DNA of 64,000 nucleotides from Candidatus Versatilivorator sp. GTDB lineage: Bacteria; Acidobacteriota; Terriglobia; Versatilivoradales; Versatilivoraceae. The stretch covers positions 4,224,001 to 4,288,000 of the forward strand of contig OZ242296.1 in the NCBI GenBank assembly GCA_965207735.1. The letters are read 5' to 3'. Positions 50,682-58,295 of the stretch are shown in pieces (position 1 is the stretch's first letter; every line of letters starts with the position of its first letter). The translations under genes were made by a program, and so were the position numbers. The notes beneath the pieces are model-generated. The model worked only from the letters and a program-made list of their open reading frames with translations. It had not been told where the DNA came from and made no database searches.

Positions 50682-50727
50682 CTTCTCATACAGTCACTCG
50701 AATCACTGTCCAAAGAAACCGAGGGGC
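50682..50727 (+). repeat. 46-bp repeat, inverted partner of 40021-40066
   Basis: cttctcatacagtcactcgaatcactgtccaaagaaaccgaggggc. Confidence 0.85.
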
Positions 50728-50734
50728 GGGGGAC

Positions 50735-50870
50735 TGTACTGCCCCTGATATCGTGGACAGATAAGACGCACCATACTCAAGCGGTTAGTTTCAGCGCAAG
50801 GCGTTGTCTTGCCTGAACCGGAGGCTTTAATCCCAGCCGCTCAATCAGCCAGTGGTGGCTGTTAAGCGCG
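50735..50870 (-). mobile_element. IS3-family right-end remnant with transposase tail
   Basis: End TGTACTGCCCCTGATATCGTGGACAG; minus-strand tail NSHHWLIERLGLKPPVQAR...*. Confidence 0.65.
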
Positions 50871-51182
50871 CAAGAATCTTCCAAAGCGATCCATCCCGTT
50901 GCGAATCCAATAGACGGCGGATCGCCTGCAGCGACAGAGGCTCTGTCATGACGACCGCACTCCCGGCCCGTTGCCCCACACCGGTCGCTCCGCTCCCTCC
51001 GTGGGGCAACGCTCGGACCCTGACACATTCGGTTCCCAAAACCCTTGCAGTTTTCGATGCCCATTGACATCAGCAGATCGTCGATTCGGCAAAGACCAAG
51101 GTATACAATCCAGATCAGGAACAAGAAAGCTGGGGTGCCGATCCTGGCCAGCAAACCGGCTTGGCTTAGAGCCTGATGACAT

Positions 51183-51788
51183 TCAGCCCGTCGACAGGAG
51201 TATCAGTATACCCAACAGGATGATGGCTACCATGGCGATCAAGGCTGGGTCGATCCGTTTGGGTTTGTAGAGCTGTTCCATTTGCTCGCGGTGCAATCGG
51301 TAGGCAATGCGTCTTTGCTTTCGGGTTCTTTCCCTCCGGACGTTGTCCTCCAGCTCTTGTTGGCATCGTTTTTCGGCTTTCCAGTACAGGTAATCCTGCC
51401 ATTCGGCCTCGTCTTCTGCGCGGCCGATTTCGTCAAGCTCGTAGATGGATGAGGTGAAATCCGTGTCGAGTTCGGGTTCAGTCGAGGAAAGCAGCTCTCC
51501 CCAGTGGCCCGAGTCCCAGTCGTCGACGTTCTCTGGCGGAGGCCAATCGTGTTCGTCGTCCAAGGGTGGGGAGAGATGTGGGGGGGAGTTGCCTCCGGAG
51601 GGGGTGTCGGCCGAATCCAATTCACGGGCCGGTATATCGGCGGCATCTCGGCTGCCGCGCCCGAGGCGCCGCCCCTCGTTTCGATCGCATTGGGCGGCAA
51701 TGCTCTGAATGGATCTTTTTTCTGACACGCCAATTGGACCTCCTGCTTCTCCTGCTGCGTCCAGGGCGTGTTTTCTCTCCCCAGACAC
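51183..51788 (-). CDS. Hypothetical acidic protein with C-terminal TM helix
   Basis: 201-aa ORF ending ALIAMVAIILLGILILL. Confidence 0.35.
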   Translation of the reverse strand: MSGERKHALDAAGEAGGPIGVSEKRSIQSIAAQCDRNEGRRLGRGSRDAADIPARELDSADTPSGGNSPPHLSPPLDDEHDWPPPENVDDWDSGHWGELLSSTEPELDTDFTSSIYELDEIGRAEDEAEWQDYLYWKAEKRCQQELEDNVRRERTRKQRRIAYRLHREQMEQLYKPKRIDPALIAMVAIILLGILILLSTG

Positions 51789-52194
51789 TCACGGTGCTTT
51801 TTCTTCGCCAGTAGGGCATGGATAATCAGGTAGCCTAGTATGCAGAACAATTTATGAGAACTGTGTGATAGTTTTGCTGTTTACAGTGAGCTTGTAGTGA
51901 CCCTTCAGTGGAGCGGTGCGAAAGCAGCCGTCAGGACTGCGGTAGTTCCACGCAATCCCGCATCCGACGTTCCCTCGTATCCGTGCCGATGGTGCTGGCC
52001 GCGTTCTGAAGCGGGAGTGGAGATGGAAGCGTTGAACACCCACGAAGTACCGGAGCGAAAGATCGAGGCGCTACGGGTGTCCATCTTCCGGCTGAGCGCC
52101 GCGAACCTGCCCATCAGCGAGAGTCCCGACCTCGAAACCGTCCTGCACGAGGCACAGAAACCCCTTCGCCACGGCGGCCCTCAACTTCCACCCC

Positions 52195-52608
52195 CGGGGG
52201 TCAAGGACGCTGCGTCGTATGGGTGGCCACCTTTCAGACGGGGGGTGGCTCACACAAGTGGCGCACCAGGTGACTCACGCTCTTGACCACTCCAGCGCTC
52301 CTCTCTCAGAGGGCGGAGCCGTCGCCGTTGTGGTCCAGGTTGTGCCCGGAAAACCTGCATTGGAAGCGGATCGGCACGGATTCCCCGAGTCCTCCGCGGT
52401 AAAGCGTAGTGCGGCACCGGCGCCGCGCGTCCCCGCCTCGCACGGCGCGTCGTGGCGCCGCACAGGAGGGGGAGGAAGTGGAGGGAGCGACCCCCTCATT
52501 TTTGCCGCTGGTGCGCCACGAGCGGGTGGAAAGGTGGCCAGGCCTCTGGCCACCCTTCCGCCCCTCGTTTTCGGGGTCGCTCCCTCCACAGTGATCCCTG
52601 GCGGGAAG
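52195..52608 (-). repeat. Conserved hairpin-rich element, copy D (inverted)
   Basis: Perfect IR 52478-52492/52575-52589 enclosing an 18-bp imperfect stem of different sequence. Confidence 0.85.
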
Positions 52609-52964
52609 GCCTCCAGCGCCTCGTCATCCAGCGGCACCTCAACGTCGGCTCCCGGCTGCGCGCCCTCGTCTATGAAGCCCTCGAAGAACAGAAGACCACA
52701 GATGGCCAGAGGCCGAGAAGGGCAAGGCTGGAGGATGCTCACAACCCGATATCTCCGATCCGAACCCACGGGCAGCCTACCACCCGGCTCGACGGTCTCG
52801 GAGGCAGAGTCTCGGGGGTTGCAACATCGTAAGACCTGTCCACCAACGTCCTGAATAGTCCAGTGGATTCCCGTTCAAATAGAGGGATATAATGAGGGGA
52901 TTACAACAGGGTTAACCATAGTAAGTCTATTATAATGAGCAGTTACAAGTTTTCTGTTGTAGTC

Positions 52965-53272
52965 GCCGCCTACGCGGCTCGACACCCATAGGCGACGTTT
53001 CCCATGGGCTGACGCCCACGGCTAAGTGCTGCCGCGGCTTCGCCGCTCTCAAGGAAGCCGGCTTAAGCAACAGATTCTCAGGTAAGTCCGACCCCTGCCC
53101 TGGTGTGCGGATCATACGAGAGTGAAACAATCAGAAATCGAAAATCCTTTCGTGACCTTGGTATCCCGTCGCGGTTAACCTCAACGCCTTAGTGCCCCTT
53201 CGTCGTCCTTCGTGGCCCTTCGTGGATAACTCTTTTTTCTTTTGTCTTTTTTCGGTTGTTTCAGGCAAGCCG
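52965..53272 (+). repeat. Right half of the split REP/MITE-like repeat (attR core GCCGCC 52965-52970)
   Basis: Aligns over ~300 bp to the reverse complement of ~57281-57585, starting at GCCGCC. Confidence 0.88.
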
Positions 53273-53616
53273 GGCCCCCGCCCTGGTGTGCGGATCATAC
53301 ATAGAGTGAAACAATCGGAAATCGATCAACCCTTCGCGAACTTGGTACCCCGTCGCGGCCAACCTCAGCGCCTTCGTGCCCCTTCGTGGAAATGTCTTTT
53401 TCTTTTGTCTTTTTTCGGTTGTTTCAGACAAGCCGGGCCCCCGCCCTGGTGTGCGGATCATACATAGAGTGAAACAATCAGAAATCGATCAACCCTTCGC
53501 GAACTTGGTACCCCGTCGCGGCCAACCTCAGCGCCTTAGTGGCCCTTCGTGGTCCTTCGTGCCCCTTCGTGGAAATGTCTTTTTCTTTTGTCTTTTTAGG
53601 TTGTTTCAGACAAGCC
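53098..53616 (+). repeat. Three tandem ~165-180 bp repeat units
   Basis: Each runs CCCTGGTGTGCGGATCATAC...GTTTCAG(G/A)CAAGCC (starts ~53098, 53281, 53444); fragment also at ~8127-8151. Confidence 0.9.
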
Positions 53617-53636
53617 AAGTTCGCAGCCCCTTCGCC

Positions 53637-54491
53637 TCAGCCCCAGTGCTTGGCGATCAGAGGGTCGAGGAAGGCCTTGCTTTCGGCGAGGACCTTCCGG
53701 TAGTCCTTGGAATAGCCCCAGGCAAAGGCCTCGTATTCCATGGCGATGTACCCGTTGTAGCCGGCCCGGGCCATGGCCCCCAGCAAGCCGTCGAAGTCCA
53801 CCTCCCCCTCACCGAGGGGCGGAAAGACGATGTTTTCCGGATCGCCAGCAGCATCCTTGGCATGCATGTGGACCACGCGGTCTTTCAGGGTGTTGAACAC
53901 CGTGACCGGGGAATCCCCCCGAATGTGGTAGTGGGCGCAATCGAACAGGGCCTGCAGTCCTTCCAGACCGCTGGTGTCCAGCAGCTTCCGCATGGTCTCG
54001 AGGTTGTAGATCAGGGAGCCGGCCGGACTGCCGGCTTCAATGGCCAGAGCGACACCCAGGCGCTCGGCTGTCGGCAGCACCTGGCAGAGGACCTCGACGG
54101 CCCAATCAAAGAACCACTGCTCATATCCGTAGGCGTTCTTCCCTCCCCCGGCGGTGACCACGATGGGGGCCCCCAGGTCGGCCGCCATTCGGACGGAACC
54201 TTCCAGAAAACGGGCATTGGCGGCGCGCTGGGCCGGATCGCGGGCGCAGAGGTTGGTGTGGGCATTGAGGGCGGCAATGGCGATGCCGGCCTCTTCCGCC
54301 CGCTTGCGCACCCGGTCGCGCTTGGCGGCACCGTCCCCGGGGCTAAGGTGCGGGGTAGGTATCGGAACGAAGGGCGGCGCGATTTCCAGGCAGATGTCAA
54401 TGGCCGCGTAGCCCTGCTCCCCCAGCACGTCCATGGCCTGCTCCACCGGCAGGTCGCTCAGCAGGTTGGAGTTGCAACTGATTCCCTTCAT
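53637..54491 (-). CDS. Sugar phosphate isomerase/epimerase (xylose isomerase-like TIM barrel)
   Basis: LAIE, FDCAHY, HMHAKD, PLGEGEVDF, GYNGYIAME. Confidence 0.9.
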   Translation of the reverse strand: MKGISCNSNLLSDLPVEQAMDVLGEQGYAAIDICLEIAPPFVPIPTPHLSPGDGAAKRDRVRKRAEEAGIAIAALNAHTNLCARDPAQRAANARFLEGSVRMAADLGAPIVVTAGGGKNAYGYEQWFFDWAVEVLCQVLPTAERLGVALAIEAGSPAGSLIYNLETMRKLLDTSGLEGLQALFDCAHYHIRGDSPVTVFNTLKDRVVHMHAKDAAGDPENIVFPPLGEGEVDFDGLLGAMARAGYNGYIAMEYEAFAWGYSKDYRKVLAESKAFLDPLIAKHWG

Positions 54492-54557
54492 ATGCGGCCA
54501 GTGTTCTGTCTCAGAAATAGGGTTGCCATGTTTCGGAGCGCAACCGCGCCGCAGCGC

Positions 54558-55469
54558 TCACAGGCCCACGATTCGCCGGGCTTCCTCCGGCGAAGCGATG
54601 TCCCTGCCGATTTCCCTGGCAATGCGCACGGCCTTCTCCACCAGCTCGGCGTTGGTCTTGGCATAGACCCCGTCCTCCAGGTAGGGGCAGTCCTCCATGC
54701 CGATGCGCACGTGCCCTCCGACGGCAATGGTGTGGGCTACCATCGACCAGTAGACCGGCGGCTCCATGCAGCTCATGCTCCAGTTGGCATTGGGCGGAAG
54801 GTTGTCCACCATGTACTGCAGAGCCCGCACCGTGGGCGGGGCCCAGCTCTGGCCGTCCCAGCCGAAGAAAAGAGTGAGCCACAGGGGATCGGCCAGCAGG
54901 CCGGGTTCCTGCTCCCGCACTCCCTCATCGGTCCAGAAGTCGCCCGATCGAATCTTGCCGATGGCCCAGTAGGCTCCGGTGCTGAAGCATTCGATCTCCA
55001 GCTTCACGTCTCGTTCCTTGGCCAGGCGCGCATACTGCCGGAGCTCGGTGATCGGATGGACCGAGTAGACGCTGAAGGGAGGATATTCCGGGTCGGGCTG
55101 GAAGTATTCGTCGTGGGAGTTGAAGTTGATGGAACTCATGTCGGGCCGAAGAGTCTCCCAGAGCTCCAGCTTCTGCTCCAGGCGCATGCTGGCCATTCCA
55201 AACTGCATGATGGGATTGAACCTGGCGCGAATCCGCTGGCTGATGTCCCGCCATCCCTCCATGTCCGGGATAGACAGTTTGCGCCCGTCGGGCTGAATGA
55301 CCGGATCGTGGGTGTAGGCGCCATGGGTGTGCACGACCGCGGCGCCGGCATCCAGGGCACGCAGGTACTCCTCGGCCACGCCCCTGGCATCGGTGCAGGG
55401 CGTCAGGTAGGGATTGCGGGGATAGGACCCGGTGGAGTCGGTGGTGACGGTAATGACGAGCTTATCCAT
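54558..55469 (-). CDS. 3-keto-5-aminohexanoate cleavage enzyme family (BKACE/DUF849)
   Basis: MDKLVITV, AGAAVVHTH, GGHVRIGMED, TNAELVEKA, IASPEEARRI. Confidence 0.92.
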   Translation of the reverse strand: MDKLVITVTTDSTGSYPRNPYLTPCTDARGVAEEYLRALDAGAAVVHTHGAYTHDPVIQPDGRKLSIPDMEGWRDISQRIRARFNPIMQFGMASMRLEQKLELWETLRPDMSSINFNSHDEYFQPDPEYPPFSVYSVHPITELRQYARLAKERDVKLEIECFSTGAYWAIGKIRSGDFWTDEGVREQEPGLLADPLWLTLFFGWDGQSWAPPTVRALQYMVDNLPPNANWSMSCMEPPVYWSMVAHTIAVGGHVRIGMEDCPYLEDGVYAKTNAELVEKAVRIAREIGRDIASPEEARRIVGL

Positions 55470-55705
55470 GGCAGTCCCTCGTGAGGCCCCGCGCAAACAA
55501 CCCTGACGGGGGTAACAGGCTGCTCACTATACTGATTACGGCTTCCCGTCGTAAACCCCATAGTTCCAGCCCGCGGGCACGGTGGCCGACTCGTTCACCC
55601 ACAGGTCGCGGCGTCCGGCGACGGGCGCGCAAGGGCGGGGTTCCCCGCAGTCGCCCCGTGTGCGATAATTCCCGCTCTTGTACGTTACCGGGAAAAGGGG
55701 AAGAG

Positions 55706-57187
55706 ATGAACCAGAGCAGCATACGAGGGGGCTTGGCCCTCTTGACGATGGCGGCCGCCTTCCTCGGATGCGGTCAGGTGAAGGATCCGGAGCAGGAACG
55801 GATCGATCGGGCCGTGGAGGCCATTGAAGCCGCCGCCCCGAAGGCGGCCCGGGATTCCACCCGTCCGATTTACCACTATCGCCCACCCGCCCTTTGGATG
55901 AACGACGTCTGCGGAGCCTTCCACTACCAGGATTATTACCACCTTTTCTTCCAACAGGGTCCATTGTCCGACGGCCACAACCGAGGCCGCGGCATCGGCT
56001 GGGGACACGCCAGAAGCCGCGACCTGGTGCATTGGGAGCACTTGCGCCCGGCTCTGATGCCGCCGGAAGGCGCCAGGCTGGAAGCTTCCGGCAGCGCCTT
56101 CATCCGAAAGGACGGCAGTCCTATCCTGTTCTTCGCGCATACGCCCATGGATCTCTCCAAGAACAAGCGCGAGCAGTGGGCGGCCGAGCCGGTCGATGAG
56201 GACCTCATGGTCTGGCGCCGTTTCGACATCGGTTTGGAGGCGGGCAAGAGTGGCATTCCCGAGGACATCAGGGCCAACTGGGCCGACATGTTCGTGTTTC
56301 AGGTGGGAGACGGCGTCTTCGCCACCTTCAAGGAGACCGATGGGCTGATCTGCAAAGCGCAAAACGATCGGCTCACCACCTGGCAAGCGGTGGGCAAGGT
56401 CGAAGGCGTCGACGGCGAGTGCCCCAATATCTTCTCGCTGGACGGCCGCCAGGTGCTGATCCGGTCCACCTATCCCATCAGCTACCTGATCGGCGACTTC
56501 GATCCGGACTCCATTGCCCTGGATCTCAAAACCCAGCCTCGGGTTCTGGACTACGGCTATGGCGGCGAGGAAATGCCGTCACCCCTGCAGCGGGGCGTCT
56601 ACGGCACCACCGTATTCGCCGATCCGGCCGGTCGCACCATCCTGCTGGGATGGGTGAGCGGCTTCAAACCCGATCGCGGCTGGAACGGCTGCATGTCCCT
56701 GCCCCGCCTGCTGAGCCTGGATCAGGAGGATCGTCTCATTCAGACCCCGGCGCCGGAGCTGGAACAACTGCGGGGAAGACATCTGAAGGTGGAGAATCTG
56801 AGCCTGACCGATGAGTTGAAGGCCATTGAGGGCGCCGGCGGGGATGCGCTGGAGATCAAGGCCGAATTCGTCCCGGGAGATGCCGCTGCCTTCGGGCTGA
56901 AGGTTCGTTGCAGCCGGGATGGGCAGCACGGCATTTCATTGCGTTACAGCGACGGGACTTTGAACGTGGCGGGAACCGAAGTGCCCCTGGAGACCGGTTC
57001 CCGGACACTCAAGGTGCATCTGTTTCTCGACAAGTCCGTCCTGGAAGTGTTTGTCGACGAGGGACGCTCCGCGGTCACACGGGTCAACTACGCTCCTGCA
57101 GAAGATCTTGGGATCGCCGTTTTTGCCGAAAACGGCGGCGCCGTGCTGAAATCGCTTGACGTCTGGTCGATGAATGCCATCTGGTGA
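55706..57187 (+). CDS. GH32 glycoside hydrolase lipoprotein
   Basis: Lipobox FLGC; WMND, WGHARSRDLVHWEHL, GECP, WNGCMSLPR, DKSVLEVF. Confidence 0.9.
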   Translation: MNQSSIRGGLALLTMAAAFLGCGQVKDPEQERIDRAVEAIEAAAPKAARDSTRPIYHYRPPALWMNDVCGAFHYQDYYHLFFQQGPLSDGHNRGRGIGWGHARSRDLVHWEHLRPALMPPEGARLEASGSAFIRKDGSPILFFAHTPMDLSKNKREQWAAEPVDEDLMVWRRFDIGLEAGKSGIPEDIRANWADMFVFQVGDGVFATFKETDGLICKAQNDRLTTWQAVGKVEGVDGECPNIFSLDGRQVLIRSTYPISYLIGDFDPDSIALDLKTQPRVLDYGYGGEEMPSPLQRGVYGTTVFADPAGRTILLGWVSGFKPDRGWNGCMSLPRLLSLDQEDRLIQTPAPELEQLRGRHLKVENLSLTDELKAIEGAGGDALEIKAEFVPGDAAAFGLKVRCSRDGQHGISLRYSDGTLNVAGTEVPLETGSRTLKVHLFLDKSVLEVFVDEGRSAVTRVNYAPAEDLGIAVFAENGGAVLKSLDVWSMNAIW

Positions 57188-57193
57188 TTTATT

Positions 57194-57259
57194 AGTGGAG
57201 AGTGGAGAGTGGAGAGTGGAGAGTGGAGAGTGGTGAGTGGTGAGTGGTGAGTGGTGAGT
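57194..57259 (+). repeat. Heptamer tandem repeat (AGTGGAG)5(AGTGGTG)4
   Basis: Directly visible just after the GH32 stop codon. Confidence 0.95.
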
Positions 57260-57280
57260 TATTGGATCGATGCGTTCAGC

Positions 57281-57640
57281 GGCTTGTCTGAAACAAAGGA
57301 AAAAAGACAAAAGAAAAAGAGTAATCCACGAAGAGACACGAAGAACGACGAAGGGCCACTAAGGCGTTGAGGTTAACCGCGACGGGATACCAAGGTTAGG
57401 AAGGGTTGGCCGATTTCTGATTGTTTCACTTTCGTATGATCTGCCGGCAGGGCAGGAGTCCGGCTTACCTGAGAATATGCTGCTTTAGCCGGCTTCCTCG
57501 AGAGCGGCGAAGCCGCGCCAGCACTTAGCCGTGGGCGTCAGCCCATGGGAAATATCGCCTATGGGTGTCGAGCCGCGTAGGCGGCAGCAAATGCCGGTGA
57601 GCCCAAGTGAAGCACAAGCCGACGCAAGGATGAGCCTTTT
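57281..57640 (-). repeat. Intact copy of the REP/MITE-like repeat (empty-site equivalent)
   Basis: Reverse complement reads ...GCATTTGCTGCCGCCTACGCGGCTCGAC... joining the 8511 and 52965 halves; palindrome TAGCCGTGGGCGTCAGCCCATGG. Confidence 0.88.
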
Positions 57641-58295
57641 GCAAAATTCGGCAGCGTGACCTTTGCCGGGGATGGCCACAAAAGGCACAAGAACACAAAA
57701 AGAGCAGAACGCTGAAAGCCTGCAAGACGTTGACTCCCGAACCCATCGCACAAGTTCCGCGCTATCTGCATACATCCGGTCAACCCGTCGCCATGGGGAT
57801 CAACTTCGGATTGCCAAGACTCGAAATCACGAAATCCGTTTTGTGCCTTTTGTGCTTTTTGTGGTGAACTCCCCTTTTCCACCAGGTCGCACCCGACTAT
57901 TGAAATAGGCAGAACATCACGATTGCCGGCAAGATGACCTGTCCCACTGCCAATATTGCAAGAGGCTCTCTGGCATGATCTGCACGGCAGGGCTGCGGCC
58001 CGGCAACCCGACACGCTCTCTTGAGGAGCAAGAGTGAATGGGAGAACGCCCACCCGGGAGCGCGGGCGAGACGCCCGCGCTCCCGGGGGGCTCCCTCCCA
58101 TGACGTCGGGATATCAAGGTCACGATATCGAAGATACATTCGGGCGCGGTTGGTCATTGAAGGGGGTCCATCCCCATTCGTGTTCATTCGTGGTTCATTT
58201 TCAAAAACGAGCGCCCGTTTTTCCTCGAATGTTCCCCACGCCAGGGCAGGGCTCGGCTAAGCTCTCTCAATCCCAGCTACTGCAGTGACGATTCG

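Larger units (their letters stand above)
8556..52970. mobile_element. ~44.4 kb composite integrative defence island
   Basis: The two halves of one repeat flank it; integrase at the left end; related ends ATCCCTCATATAATGGGGGGAT (~8690) and GAGGGATATAATGAGGGGAT (~52882); defence cargo, IS and pseudogenes inside. Confidence 0.8.

Noticed and set aside
10088-52608. Integron attC cassette array
   Set aside because: Integrases lack IntI features; repeats are long, in both orientations, and do not separate single cassettes
53098-53616. Possible CRISPR array
   Set aside because: Units are ~170 bp and similar along their whole length; no unique spacers and no cas genes
53376-55484. 702-aa plus-strand ORF and similar long antisense ORFs (8695-9909, 13610-14800, 6923-8041)
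   Set aside because: Shadows of well-supported genes on the opposite strand, typical of high-GC DNA
57700-57870. GxxExxY gene remnant between inverted 9-mer repeats
   Set aside because: Context is suggestive but no convincing motif survives
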